In this document: in pieces, positions 20,650-31,822 of the stretch
How the letters are laid out: each line of letters opens with the position of its first letter
How positions within the stretch are numbered: position 1 is the stretch's first letter
NCBI RefSeq assembly: GCF_000195855.1
Contig: NC_002677.1
Location: 1,590,001-1,622,000 of the forward strand
Reading direction: 5' to 3'
Source of the DNA: Mycobacterium leprae TN
GTDB lineage: Bacteria > Actinomycetota > Actinomycetes > Mycobacteriales > Mycobacteriaceae
DNA length: 32,000 nt
Made by a program: the position numbers and the translations under genes
Notes under the pieces: model-generated
Told to the model about the DNA's origin: nothing
What the model saw: the letters and a program-made list of their open reading frames with translations, nothing else
The model's database searches: none

Positions 20650-21400
20650 TCGTGGTAGCGGCGTAAGTCTAGACGGATCCTATCCGATTTGGGGAGCGGT
20701 GCTGTGTTTGCTGATGGACAGAAACGCTTCCTTCAGTGATGTGCATCCGGCGTCCTCTCTGAGTCGGTCTGGGCTGGTGCGGGCGATCAGATGGTCGTCA
20801 CGCATCAGCAACGGGTCACCACAGTGGTCGGATTCATCCATCACATGGCTGGAGACCAGCAGCGTGGTGCCGGCGTGCGTCAGGTCGATGAAATACTCCC
20901 AAATATCCACTCGCAGTATGTGATTCAAGAATAACATCGGTTCATCGAGCACGAGCAGCGCAGGCTGACAGACTAGGGCGCACGCCAATGACACTCTGGT
21001 GCACTGAATGTCGGAGTGGTTGCTGCAGAACGCCGCTCGATTATTCGTCAACCTAACCCGCTCGATGGCGACATCAGCGGCGTGGCTATCGAAGCCAGAC
21101 AGCGCGGTGAAGTAGTGCACATTATCGATGATGCGTAGATCGTGGGATCCTGCGGCATATTATCCGACTTGACGGCATAATGCCACGCATCCGTCCCGTT
21201 TACCCAGTACGGTGACGGTTCCTTTGGAGTGGCCGGTCACGGTCTGGGTGCCGGCGATGCAACACATCAGTGTGGTCTTACCGCAGCGGGATGGACCAAG
21301 CAGACCGATGAGGCTGCTGTCCTGGGCGATATCTACTTAGAAATTGTGCAGGGCTGGACTTTTGCAGCGAAATCACCAGCAGGTGCTTGATGCTTACGAC
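20650..21400 (-). pseudogene. Decayed ABC transporter ATP-binding protein (Rv1687c-like)
   Basis: Walker A-like LIGLLGPSRCGKTTLMCCIAG (minus strand, near 21265-21325), VSLACALVCQPALLVLDEPM (Walker B), GTTLLVSSHVMDESDHCGDPLLMRDDHLIA. Confidence 0.88.
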
Positions 21401-21552
21401 TGGTGTCGCGCTATCTCACTGAGGTTAATTCATCGTGCGATGAATTCTGTCTCCTAACACGGAGTTGTCAAGAGCCACGGCGTGGTGGTGGTAATCCGCT
21501 GCGCGCAACTCCGCTGCGCTTGCGATCACCACGGCGGTGCAAAATCTGTGCC

Positions 21553-22164
21553 GTGAGTGCTGACCAATTGGTTGTTGACCCGGTTGTTGCCGCGCATCGA
21601 CTACTCGGTGCCACCATCACCGGCCGGGGAGTGTGTGCCATCGTCGTTGAGGTGGAGGCGTACGGTGGGGTTCCCGACGGTCCCTGGCCCGACGCCGCCG
21701 CCCACTCCTACCACGGCCGGAACGACCGTAACGCTGTGATGTTTGGGCCGCCCGGCCGACTCTACACTTACTGTAGCCACGGCATCCATGTATGCGCCAA
21801 TGTCTCGTGTGGACCGGATGGGACGGCTGCCGCAGTCCTTATTCGGGCCGGTGCTCTCGAGAACGGCGCCGACGTCGCCCGGTCTCGGCGCGGCGCGTCA
21901 GTCCGTACTGTTGCGTTAGCGCGTGGACCCGGAAATCTGTGCTCTGCTTTAGGAATTACTATGGATGACAACGGTATTGATGTATTTGCTGCTGACAGCC
22001 CGGTGACATTGGTCCTCAATGAGGCTCAGGAAGCGATGTCGGGTCCACGTGTTGGAATCAGTCACGCAGCCGACCGACCCTGGCGATTGTGGCTGCCGGG
22101 CCGACCCGAAGTCTCGACTTATCGTCGAAGTCCCCGAGCTCCGGCTCCCGGTGCTAGCGACTAG
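21553..22164 (+). CDS. mpg: 3-methyladenine DNA glycosylase (AAG/MPG family)
   Basis: Within ORF 21403-22164, start taken as in-frame GTG at 21553: [39 protein letters not shown]...[40 protein letters not shown]...[13 protein letters not shown]. Confidence 0.93.
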   Translation: MSADQLVVDPVVAAHRLLGATITGRGVCAIVVEVEAYGGVPDGPWPDAAAHSYHGRNDRNAVMFGPPGRLYTYCSHGIHVCANVSCGPDGTAAAVLIRAGALENGADVARSRRGASVRTVALARGPGNLCSALGITMDDNGIDVFAADSPVTLVLNEAQEAMSGPRVGISHAADRPWRLWLPGRPEVSTYRRSPRAPAPGASD

Positions 22165-22174
22165 CCTCTTTTGG

Positions 22175-23455
22175 GTGTCTTCCAGCATCCTTAACGAGCT
22201 GGGCTGGCGTGGGTTGGTCGCGCAGTCCACTGACCTCGATGCTCTAGCCGACGAGTTGCGGCGTGGACCGATGACAGTCTACGCCGGTTTCGACCCCACC
22301 GCGCCGAGCCTGCATGTCGGACACTTGGTGCCGCTGCTGGTATTGCGGCGCTTTCAACGAGCCGGCCACCGGCCAATCGTGCTAGCGGGCGGGGCAACCG
22401 GCATGATTGGTGATCCGCGCGACATCGGTGAGCGCACCCTCAACGAGGCGTACACCGTCGCCGAATGGGCCGAGCGAATCCGCGGACAGCTGGAGCGTTT
22501 CGTCGAATTCGACGATGTCGCGAAGTCTAGGAACGGCGCCATCGTTGTCAACAACCTGGAATGGACGAGCCCGATGTCGGCGATCGAGTTCTTGCGCGAT
22601 GTCGGCAAACACTTTTCGATCAACTTGATGCTAGATCGGGACACAATCCGGCGACGGTTGAATGGCCAAGGGATTTCTTACACGGAGTTCAGCTACATGC
22701 TGTTGCAAGCCAACGATTATGCTGAATTGCATCAGCGCCATGGCTGTGCGCTGCAGATCGGCGGTTCGGATCAGTGGGGCAACATCATCGCCGGGGTTCG
22801 CCTGGTGCGACAAAAGCTCGGCGCCACAGTGCATGCGCTCACAGTCCCGCTGGTGACCGCTGCCGATGGCGCCAAGCTCGGCAAATCCACCGGAGGTGGC
22901 AGTTTATGGTTGGACCCAGAGATGACCAGCCCGTACGCCTGGTACCAATACTTCATCAACACCTCCGACGCTGATGTCATTCGGTACCTGCGTTGGTTCA
23001 CTTTTTTGTTGCCCGAAGAACTGGTCGAGCTGGAGCAGACGACGGTCTCACGCCCACAGGAACGTGCTGCACAACGTCGACTCGCCACCGAGCTCACGGT
23101 TTTGGTGCATGGCGCAGCGGCAACCCAGGCTGTTGAGCATGCCAGCAGGGCATTGTTCGGTCAGGGCGAACTTGCTCGCCTTGACGAAGCGACGTTGGCG
23201 ACGGCATTGCGCGAGACAGTGGTCGCTGAGCTGAAACCCGGCAATCCCGATGGTATTGTCGATCTGTTGGTGGCCAGCGGTCTGTCCCCTAGCAGGGGTG
23301 CGGCGCGGCGCACTATCGATGAAGGCGGGGTGTTGGTCAACAACATTCGCATCCAGAGCGAGGAATGGACGCCCCGGACATCGGATTTCCTGCACGGCCG
23401 CTGGCTGGTGCTGCGCCGTGGCAAGCGGAACATCGCCGGGATAGAAAGAGTATAG
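22175..23455 (+). CDS. tyrS: Tyrosyl-tRNA synthetase
   Basis: Within ORF 22019-23455, start taken as in-frame GTG at 22175 ([14 protein letters not shown]). Motifs [67 protein letters not shown], and a C-terminal S4-like domain. Confidence 0.96.
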   Translation: MSSSILNELGWRGLVAQSTDLDALADELRRGPMTVYAGFDPTAPSLHVGHLVPLLVLRRFQRAGHRPIVLAGGATGMIGDPRDIGERTLNEAYTVAEWAERIRGQLERFVEFDDVAKSRNGAIVVNNLEWTSPMSAIEFLRDVGKHFSINLMLDRDTIRRRLNGQGISYTEFSYMLLQANDYAELHQRHGCALQIGGSDQWGNIIAGVRLVRQKLGATVHALTVPLVTAADGAKLGKSTGGGSLWLDPEMTSPYAWYQYFINTSDADVIRYLRWFTFLLPEELVELEQTTVSRPQERAAQRRLATELTVLVHGAAATQAVEHASRALFGQGELARLDEATLATALRETVVAELKPGNPDGIVDLLVASGLSPSRGAARRTIDEGGVLVNNIRIQSEEWTPRTSDFLHGRWLVLRRGKRNIAGIERV

Positions 23456-25553
23456 CACGGGTTGGGTGATCGCTAGTTTACTAGGCCCCAGATAGCCCGA
23501 TTTGGATGGTCGGCAGCTGGTTGTCCACGGCAGCTACAGCGGGCGGGGCGGTGGCAGCGTAGAACCAGTTCTTGGTAATCAGGTTACGCTTAGCCATCTC
23601 TATTTGGTACACTAAGCCCCGTCGCGAGCTGAACAGGCGCCTGAAGTTGAGTAGCGCCGGGGTGTGGCACGTTGGATGCGGTTTATGGCTAAGCTAGGCG
23701 GTTGCGTAATGGCCGGCGCCTGGGTGTTCATGGCGCGCTATTCGGGCCAGTTTCAGGTGAGTCGCCCAGCAGGTTGAGGAGGTGCTGGATGCCGGGAAGC
23801 GACCGGATGAACACGAGGGTACGAGTGGTTGAGTCGTGTCGAGATCTCAACGGGGTCGTCGGCCAGGCTCTATGTTTTTCTCGGTTGTGAACCACTGCGC
23901 CCTGACGGTTTCGGGAAAGCTGAGATTCGTCGATAATGCCGGTGGCCAGCGCATGGTGGTGAACAACCATTGCCAGCGTACGTTGGTAGCGGTCGGCGGT
24001 TATCTTTTGGTGACGGCTTGGTAAGTGCGTTAGCGAACTATGCCGGGCTCGTCGGCGGGGTACTTCAGTGGTCAGTATCAAGCAGCAGCCTGCTCTAGCG
24101 CAGGCGAGTAGGCTGGCCGGTCAGTCGTGCATAAGTTCAGCATTGACCAGACATCCACGTCGACGATATCGACAAGGGATTCGCCCCTGTCGGGGGTTGC
24201 TATGGCAACGAGAGTTGGTGGGGCCCACCGTTGGCGTCACCGTTCCGATCAGACCGTCGGAGGTGACCGGTTCGCACCGCGACCGCCCCCTGACCACTGA
24301 CGATCGCATACAGGGCAAGCACTGCATCAGCGTGTTTCAATGTCGCCCCACACCGATCGTAGCTGGTTGGCCAGGCTGGCGGCTATATCGGCGCCGACAA
24401 AGTCTAGTAGACTGTTCCAAGTCTGTATGGTGAACGGTATGGTGCGAGCCATTTCGATAAGCTTGCCGGCCAAAGGGCTGAAAGTAATACTAGAAATTGA
24501 CGGTCTGCGCCACTGTTCGACGGATATTTCCACCGCATCGACTAACACTTTAAATACCTGTCTTCGGAATCTCCATGCATCATGCCTACCTCGTCGTCGG
24601 CTTCTATCAACCTGTCTATAGTATCCCTCGTAGACTTAAGCTGTAGCCCTGCAGCCCAAACGTATACAACTCAGCGGTGCGTAACACACCCAATGCTAAC
24701 AGAATCGACCACTCCCACTCCGCCGGCGATCAGGGCCAGCAATTCCCTTTGCCGCACTGATAGGCTACCGAGATAGATAAGAGCCTGTCGATGACGAGCA
24801 TTGTCGTCAGGCTGCAAGCTGTACGACAATGCTCGTCCGAACACAATCTGTGTCACCACTTCGTGATTGGTAACAGTAGCTCGGATGTCGGCGACATTGA
24901 ACAGTGGGATTCGCTGCGACGATGATCTGTAGCTGGGTGATCATGCTCGACTCTTCGAGCGGGACTTGGAGCAGCCATGAGAGCGAAGATAATTAAATTA
25001 AGTAGGGTCGTTATCGATGACCTTCACGACTGGAACGCAGCCGTTGGCTAAGTCACATATCAACGACTGACCAACAAGGTTTGGTATGAGATGGGTCGTA
25101 CGGCTTGCGTAGAGGGAATTCCGAGATCGTCGAGCTAGGCTCAGTCGGAGACGCTGGTGATGCCAGCAGTTTTCAGCAGAAGTTGAACGGCCAGCCAGGT
25201 TTGCTTGGGGAGATGATGCTGTGGGTGCCCGATCAGTGGGCAATTAGCGTGGAGTCGCCATTCCCCAATACCCCTGCTGGCCAATGTAGCCAATTTGTCC
25301 ACATTGGCTCCGTGGCGTCGAATCGGTGGAATTTCGAAGTAGTAAGTTACGTTAACTGAGTTGGCGTTGGCGCGTTAGAAGATTACAGAGTTTCTCCGAG
25401 CGATTAATCGTTGTTGTCGTGGAGATGAGATTCAGTGGGGAGGCATCTAAAATTGGGGTGAGGGGGCTAGGAGACCCCCGCTGGGTTCTATATATCAACT
25501 GGGAGGTGTGCACAATATCGAACTCGCACTCTATCAAAGTGGTCGATGCCTCC

Positions 25554-25591
25554 AATCTCTATCCCGCGACACATTGAGTGGGATAGAGATT
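25554..25591. repeat. 12-bp perfect inverted repeat with 14-nt spacer
   Basis: AATCTCTATCCC (25554-25565), spacer GCGACACATTGAGT, GGGATAGAGATT (25580-25591). Confidence 0.95.
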
Positions 25592-26129
25592 CTGCTGATG
25601 TCCTTCTCGAGGCATAGTTTTCGGGTTTTTCCACTGGGCTGCTATCCCACAAATTGCTGGGGTACAGAAAGAAATTCGAGTCCCGCATCGAGGGATCAAT
25701 TTATCATCCGATTGAGGACAATCCCACAGAATTTCCCACATACACCCATGGCCGTCCGGCCTGCAATTGGTGACTGTCTTTCTTTTAGTATGAACCGATA
25801 ATCTCCGTCGGCTCCATAATGGTTTAGTGATCACGCGCGTAGCGCGGTACCAAAACGCGCTAGTGTGCAAAATGTATCTTGTTGTGTTGTAGGTATAAGC
25901 TCATGTCAATCACTGTTTTTATGTGCTTTTGTACAACAAAGGTGCACAGCTCATGCTCAATAGGCTGTGAGTGTAAATGATTGTAGAGAAATCAGGTTAA
26001 CCATAGCGGGACTACCAATGCTCAGCGGCAAATCTGTCCCGAGGCGTGTGTACAGTGGTGGTAACCCATGCGTAATTGCGGAGCCTTTGCACATAACCTC
26101 TAGGGCAAAATCTCAGAAGCGTTTTGAGG

Positions 26130-26816
26130 TGAATTATAAGCATGGTCGGCGAACAGGCATGGTTGCAGGGGTGCGCGACCGACCGTGCCCGGAATCCGGC
26201 GACGTGCAGCAGGGCAGACCACCTGGCGAGCGGGAGGTGGGAGGTTTCCCGGTCAGGCCCGGATCGTACGTGTCCAGTCCAGCCGCAAGGCACTGCCCCC
26301 GGCGGCGATCCGGAAGCCGCCCTAAGCCATGCCCGCCGGCTCGAGCCCACGCCAGCAGGATCGCCGCGATTTGCGCGGCTGTCGAAATCGCCTCCTAACA
26401 GTACGGCGGTTGGGCCCATGCATTGGCCGAGTTGCACGCTGCCCGCAGAATGGGCAGTAAGTCTGCGTTGATTGCTGATTGCGGACGTGACCTTGGCCGT
26501 CCACAGTAGGCGATCGAGTTAGCTCTGAGCCCGACGCCGCCCAGCTCGGTGACGATGACGCTGACGAGTTTGAATATCTTCACCGGTGCGTGAGCCGGTC
26601 TTGGACAGCTTGAGCAAGCGCTGACGGTGTTGTTCATGTTGTAGCTGGACTCGGGCCATATCGGCACCACGGCTTCGCGGTCATTCTACGCTTACGCCGA
26701 CACGTTGCTAGTACCCGGTCGCGGCGACGAAGCGATGCACTGGTTCCATACTGTCCGCGATCGTTGCTGTCGAAGATGTCATCGACGCCGAAGATCGGGT
26801 AAGCGAGCTGGGCTAA
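26130..26816 (+). pseudogene. Decayed TPR-like hypothetical protein (Rv1691-like)
   Basis: Pieces in order across frames: ARAHASRIAA; WAHALAELHAARRMGSKSALIADCGRDLGRP; AQLGDDDADE; YAYADTLLVPGRGDEAMHWFHTV; VEDVIDAEDRVSELG*, ending at 26816. Lies between tyrS and the Rv1692-like pseudogene, as in the M. tuberculosis order. Confidence 0.78.
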
Positions 26817-26858
26817 AATGACAAGCTGATAAAAAATGATATACTAACAATTTTAAAT

Positions 26859-26894
26859 ATTGATTCAGTAAACATGGCTGTTTACTGAATCAAT
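26859..26894. repeat. Perfect palindromic hairpin: 16-bp arms, 4-nt loop
   Basis: ATTGATTCAGTAAACA TGGC TGTTTACTGAATCAAT, in an AT-rich patch (aaaaaatgatatactaacaattttaaatat). Confidence 0.97.
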
Positions 26895-27912
26895 CTGGAC
26901 GGCACGGTGTTTCTCGGCCGTCAGTTCACCGACGGTGCGGTGCAGTCGTTAGGTGAGGTGGTAAGTCACACCACTGTTTGCCACTGAAGCAACGCGTACC
27001 GTAGCGCTGATGAGGTTGCGGTTTACCTGCACGAACTCGGCTTTACCGTCATCGGTGACTGACGTGGTGACCAGTGCCCAGAGCGCGGTCCACCTGCTAG
27101 CCAAGAAGTTACCGCCGGGTTCGCCGGCGCTACGCTAATCGTGGGCACCGACTCGCTGACCAATGAAACCAATGAAATTGTCGCCGTCGGGCTGCGTGAA
27201 CTCCGACGGTGGGAGGACAAACCCGTCGTCGTTGTCCACGGGCACTCGCCTAACCACCGGTTGGCCCGATCTTGCTGAGTCACGTTGGCCATCCTGGACG
27301 GTGTCCAATGCGTGGCAGCCAACATGGGGGCACCCCTTCTGTTCACCTAGCGAAGCCTGCTGCCCGGTAACAGCTCTATGGTGGCCGTCCTGCAGACGGC
27401 CACCGGTGTACCCTCCCGGGTGGCGGGCAAGCCAGCACCCAGATTGCTGACCGATGCGGTGGCCACGGGGCGCTTTCCGCGCGCCCTTGGCGGCCGGTGA
27501 CAAGTTGGACATCGACATCGAGGACGTTATACCGCGTAGTTGCCCAGTTTGATGGTGCTCACCGGGGTTAACACTCGGTGGGATGTAGTGTACGCTAAAA
27601 TTGCTCATAGGCCCATCCGGGCACGACTTGCGTTCACTATGCCGGCTTCGCCAATTGTCTCGTGGTGGGGCTGTGCTCGGTTTACCGTGTCGACAGACAT
27701 CGACGACGGGTCGGTAAACGGTCAACGGCAATGGCAACCGCCGGGGATATGGATGGGGTCTCCCACGGTTCGTGTCGTCATAGTCAGCGCGGTACGGGAT
27801 GTGCATTTAAAGAGATGCCTGTTGCGCATCGAGGCCGGCGACGACCGGCTCGCGACGCGTTACATCACTGGTCCCTTGTGTGGCACGATGAGACGGTTAC
27901 TAGCGTAGGAAC
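26880..27912 (+). pseudogene. Decayed HAD-superfamily (NagD-like) phosphatase (Rv1692-like)
   Basis: INLDGTVFLGRQFTDGAVQSLGEV; SADEVAVYLHELGFTVIG; TLIVGTDSLTNE; LLPGNSSMVAVLQTATGVPSRVAGKPAPRLLTDAVATGRF; LPSLMVLTGVNTRWDVVYA; IEAGDDRLA; VTSVGTQ*. Multiple frames and stops. Confidence 0.9.
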
Positions 27913-27915
27913 GCA

Positions 27916-28101
27916 ATGACTATCGATCCTGATCAGATTCGCGCCGAAATCGATGCCCTGCTTGCCCAGCTGCCTGACTTCGCCGACTTAGAAGACTCGG
28001 TAAGCGGGCTATCTCTTGCCCAGCTCGAAGAGGTAGCGCTCCGTTTTTCCGAGGTGCATTCCGTGCTGTTGCAGGCTCTAGAGTCAGCGGAGAAGGGTTG
28101 A
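27916..28101 (+). CDS. Small conserved mycobacterial protein (Rv1693-like)
   Basis: 61-aa ORF MTIDPDQIRAEIDALLAQLPDFADLEDSVSGLSLAQLEEVALRFSEVHSVLLQALESAEKG directly upstream of tlyA. Confidence 0.85.
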   Translation: MTIDPDQIRAEIDALLAQLPDFADLEDSVSGLSLAQLEEVALRFSEVHSVLLQALESAEKG

Positions 28102-28108
28102 CTGCATC

Positions 28109-28918
28109 GTGGCCCGACGTGTCCGCGTTGATGTTGAGCTGGTCCGACGTGGCCTTGCGCGGTCCCGTCAACAGGCCGCGAAATTGATAAGCGCCGGTAA
28201 GGTTAGCATCGACGGTTTGCCGGCGGTCAAGCCGAGCACCGCCGTGGCCATAACCACGGTCTTGACCGTCGCGGACGATGGTGAGCGTAGTTGGGTGTCG
28301 CGCGGAGCGCACAAACTTATGGGTGCGCTTGACACTTTCGGGATCCCGGTCGCGGGGCGTTGCTGCCTTGACGCTGGCGCGTCCACGGGTGGATTTACTG
28401 AAGTTCTGCTGGATCGCGGGGCCGCCGAGGTGGTAGCTGTGGATGTGGGGTACGGTCAGCTGGCCTGGTCGGTGCGCTGCGATCCGCGCGTGATCGTTGT
28501 CGAACGGACCAATGTGCACGACTTGTCACCCGAGCTGATCGGCGGGCCGGTTGATTTGGTGGTGGCTGACCTGTCGTTCATTTCATTAGCCACCGTCTTG
28601 TCGGCGCTGGCTGGCTGCGCATTACCGAGCGCGGATATCGTTCCCATGGTGAAGCCGCAGTTTGAGGTGGGCAAGGGTCAGGTGGGTCCCGGCGGGGTGG
28701 TTCGCGACCTGCGGCTTCGAGCAGATTCGGTTCTGGCCGTCGCGCGTCGTGCGACAGAGCTCGGATGGCGCACCATGGATGTGACTGCCAGCTCGCTACC
28801 GGGTCTGTCAGGCAACGTCGAATACTTCCTGTGGCTACGCGCTCAGACCGATCTGGAGCTCTCGACCGATGGGCTGGAGGCAGCCGTGCAACGTGCCATC
28901 GCAGAAGGCCCGCAGTGA
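28109..28918 (+). CDS. tlyA: TlyA: 16S/23S rRNA 2'-O-methyltransferase / hemolysin-like protein
   Basis: S4-like N-terminus [36 protein letters not shown]; FtsJ-like [57 protein letters not shown]. Confidence 0.95.
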   Translation: MARRVRVDVELVRRGLARSRQQAAKLISAGKVSIDGLPAVKPSTAVAITTVLTVADDGERSWVSRGAHKLMGALDTFGIPVAGRCCLDAGASTGGFTEVLLDRGAAEVVAVDVGYGQLAWSVRCDPRVIVVERTNVHDLSPELIGGPVDLVVADLSFISLATVLSALAGCALPSADIVPMVKPQFEVGKGQVGPGGVVRDLRLRADSVLAVARRATELGWRTMDVTASSLPGLSGNVEYFLWLRAQTDLELSTDGLEAAVQRAIAEGPQ

Positions 28919-29850
28919 CTCCTCGCAAGGCGGCGCAACGGACTGTGTTGCTGGTCGTCCACACCGGACGTGACGAAGCAACCGAGACGGCTCGGCGTGT
29001 AAAGAAAATTGTGGGCGACAATGGAATTGCACTTCGGGTGTTATCTGCTGAGGCGGTCGATAGGGGATCGCTGCATCTTGCTCTCGACAATATGCGTGCA
29101 ATGGGTGTTGATATCGAGGTGGTTGACGCTGACCCGCACGTTGCCCAGGGTTGCGAACTGGTGCTGGTGCTAGGTGGTGATGGCACCTTCTTACGTGCCG
29201 CTGAGCTGGCTCGCACCGCCCGCATCCCAGTGTTGGGTGTCAACCTGGGACGGATCGGCTTTTTAGCGGAGGCCGAAGCGGAGGCTATTGACGTTGTGCT
29301 GGAGCACGTCATCGCGCGGAGCTACCGCGTGGAGGAGCGCTTAACACTCGACATCGTGGTACGCCAAGGCGGGAACATCATCGATCAGGGGTGGGCACTT
29401 AACGAAGCCAGCTTGGAAAAGGGTCCGCGGCTGGGTGTGCTCGGGGTGGTCGTCGAAATCGAAGGGCGGCCAGTGTCCACGTTCGGTTGCGACGGGGTGT
29501 TGGTATCGACCCCCACGGGATCCACCGCCTATGCGTTCTCGGCAGGTGGTCCGGTGCTATGGCCGGATCTCGAAGCTATCCTGGTGGTCCCCAACAACGC
29601 TCATGCTCTGTTCGGCCGGCCGATGGTCACCAGCCCCGATGCTACCGTGGCAATTGAGCTAGAGGCCAACGGCAACGACGCACTGGTGTTCTGCGACGGT
29701 CGCCGCGAAATGATTATACCGGCCGGCGGACGGCTCGAGGTGACTCGCTGTGCCACACCAGTGAAATGGGCGCGCCTAGATAGCGCGCCGTTCACTGACC
29801 GCTTGGTGAGCAAATTCCGGTTGCCGGTGACCGGTTGGCGCGGGAAGTGA
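28915..29850 (+). CDS. nadK: NAD(+) kinase
   Basis: In-frame GTG at 28915 inside ORF 28765-29850 ([28 protein letters not shown]). [52 protein letters not shown]. 4-nt overlap (GTGA) with the tlyA stop. Confidence 0.95.
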   Translation: MTPRKAAQRTVLLVVHTGRDEATETARRVKKIVGDNGIALRVLSAEAVDRGSLHLALDNMRAMGVDIEVVDADPHVAQGCELVLVLGGDGTFLRAAELARTARIPVLGVNLGRIGFLAEAEAEAIDVVLEHVIARSYRVEERLTLDIVVRQGGNIIDQGWALNEASLEKGPRLGVLGVVVEIEGRPVSTFGCDGVLVSTPTGSTAYAFSAGGPVLWPDLEAILVVPNNAHALFGRPMVTSPDATVAIELEANGNDALVFCDGRREMIIPAGGRLEVTRCATPVKWARLDSAPFTDRLVSKFRLPVTGWRGK

Positions 29851-29873
29851 TGGCGTTGCCTGGTGCGCACTGA

Positions 29874-31637
29874 ATGTTGACGGAAATACGAATCGAGTCG
29901 TTGGGCGCTATCAGCGTTGCGACAGCTGAGTTCGATCGGGGCCTGACTGTACTGACCGGCGAAACCGGTACTGGCAAGACCATGGTGGTGACGGGGCTGC
30001 ATCTGCTCGGCGGGGCTCGCGCCGACGCAAGCCGTGTCCGATCAGGAGCTAACCGTGCTGTTGTCGAAGGCCGGTTCACGACGACCGACCTAGACGATGT
30101 TGTAGTCGCGCAGCTTGACGGGATACTTAACGCGTCGGGATCAGAGCGCGATGAGGATGGCAGCGTGATCGTGCTGCGCTCGGTCAGCCGCGACGGGCCT
30201 TCTCGCTCCTATCTCGGTGGTCGCAGCGTGCCGGCCAAGTCACTGGGCAGTTTCACCACTGAGTTGCTTGCCTTGCACGGGCAAAACGATCAGCTGCGGT
30301 TGGTGCGGCCTGAGGAGCAACGCGCTGCGCTAGACCGTTACGCGGCTGCAGGCCCCAGTTGTGAGCGCTACCGCGAGCTGCGTGATGCCTGGTTGTTGGC
30401 GCGGAGCGATCTCATAGATCGCCGCAATCGGATTCGGGAACTTGTCCAGGAGGCGGATCGGCTGAAATTCGCGCTGAGCGAGATCGATAGCGTTGACCCG
30501 CAACCGGGCGAGGACAACGCGTTGGTCGCTGACATCGTTCGGCTCTCCGAACTGGACATGCTGCGTGAAGTCGCGGTTAATGCGCGCGCGGCGTTATCCG
30601 GGGCGCTTGACGATATGGACGTGTCAGGCTCGAATGCTGTTGCTTGTATGGGACAGGCGAAGGCTGCGTTGGAATCGACCGATGACGCAACGTTGCGGGC
30701 GTTCGCCGACCAAGTCGGCGAAGTGCTGACGGTGGTTGTCGAAGTGGGTCGCGAGCTCGGCGAGTATCTGGAGGAACTGCCGGTCGATGCTAGCGCACTA
30801 GAGTCCAAGCTGGTTCGGCAAGCCGAACTGTGCACACTGACTCGCAAGTACGCCGCGGATATCGATGGCGTGTTGCAGTGGGCAAGGGAGTCACGCGAAC
30901 GGCTGGAGCAACTTGACGTCTCCTATGAAAGGTTGGCCGGCGTTGAATCTCGTGTCGATGAGTTGGAACGCCAATTATCGCAAGCCGCAGTCGATCTCAG
31001 CAAGCTTCGACGCGATGCAGCCAATAGACTGGCCAAAGAGGTGACCGCGGAGCTGTCTGCCTTGGCGATGGTCGATGCGGAATTCACCATTAGCGTGACT
31101 ACCGATCTCATACCTTTGACCGACTATAAGCGCTCCGCTGCCGTCACGCTGCCCTCGGGCGGAGTGGCCCGAGCCGGCGCTGATGGTGTCGACCAGGTCG
31201 AGTTTGGCTTTGCTGCGCACCGCGGTATGACGGTGCTGCCGCTGGCGAAAAGCGCCTCTGGCGGTGAGCTATCTCGGGTGATGCTCGCTCTAGAGGTAGT
31301 GTTAGCTACTTCGGCGGCGGGTACCACGATGGTGTTCGATGAGGTTGATGTCGGCGTCGGCGGCAGGGCCGCAGTGCAGATCGGGCGTAGGTTGGCGCGG
31401 TTGGCCCGTACCCACCAGGTCATTGTGGTGACGCATTTGCCACAGGTTGCCGCCTATGCTGATGTCCATCTGGTGGTGCACAGTGCCGGGCTTGACGGCG
31501 CCAGCGACGTGCGTCGTCTGGCCGGCGACGATAGGGTGGCCGAGTTGGCGCGGATGCTGGCGGGGCTCGGTGAGTCTGATAGTGGCCGCGCGCACGCCCG
31601 TGAACTGCTCGATGCCGCGCGGAAAGATAAGAGCTAA
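29874..31637 (+). CDS. recN: DNA repair protein RecN
   Basis: 587-aa ORF: MLTEIRIESLGAISVATAEFDRGLTVLTGETGTGKTMVVTGLHLLGGARAD...LHGQNDQLRL...SGGELSRVMLALEVVL...TMVFDEVDVGVGG...HQVIVVTHLPQVAAYAD. Confidence 0.96.
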   Translation: MLTEIRIESLGAISVATAEFDRGLTVLTGETGTGKTMVVTGLHLLGGARADASRVRSGANRAVVEGRFTTTDLDDVVVAQLDGILNASGSERDEDGSVIVLRSVSRDGPSRSYLGGRSVPAKSLGSFTTELLALHGQNDQLRLVRPEEQRAALDRYAAAGPSCERYRELRDAWLLARSDLIDRRNRIRELVQEADRLKFALSEIDSVDPQPGEDNALVADIVRLSELDMLREVAVNARAALSGALDDMDVSGSNAVACMGQAKAALESTDDATLRAFADQVGEVLTVVVEVGRELGEYLEELPVDASALESKLVRQAELCTLTRKYAADIDGVLQWARESRERLEQLDVSYERLAGVESRVDELERQLSQAAVDLSKLRRDAANRLAKEVTAELSALAMVDAEFTISVTTDLIPLTDYKRSAAVTLPSGGVARAGADGVDQVEFGFAAHRGMTVLPLAKSASGGELSRVMLALEVVLATSAAGTTMVFDEVDVGVGGRAAVQIGRRLARLARTHQVIVVTHLPQVAAYADVHLVVHSAGLDGASDVRRLAGDDRVAELARMLAGLGESDSGRAHARELLDAARKDKS

Positions 31638-31822
31638 TTTGGTCCGCGCTGCTGCGAGCGATCGTGTCCGTACCCCGACACGCCGCAAAACCTGTACATC
31701 TGCGGACGTTTGTGCGATCAAATCGTTACTATCTTGTGATAGATGTTACTGCAGAAACTTCTGATACTAATATTACGGCGCGTCTCCTAGGCTCAGCCGC
31801 ACTTGACCGCCAGGATTGCCCT

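Noticed and set aside
23728-24081. 117-aa minus-strand ORF (MILTTEVPRRRARHSS...)
   Set aside because: No hydrophobic core pattern, domain or conserved motif that I can recognise. Likely chance ORF in decayed DNA.
25559-25801. Overlapping small ORFs on both strands around the 12-bp inverted repeat, considered as a toxin-antitoxin-like pair
   Set aside because: No recognisable toxin or antitoxin motif; the ORFs overlap each other antisense and have no clear ribosome-binding context.
27135-27806. 223-aa minus-strand ORF
   Set aside because: Antisense to the HAD-phosphatase ghost, which gives clear homologous blocks on the plus strand.
28578-29312. 244-aa minus-strand ORF
   Set aside because: Antisense to tlyA and nadK; Ser/Arg/Pro-rich shadow ORF.
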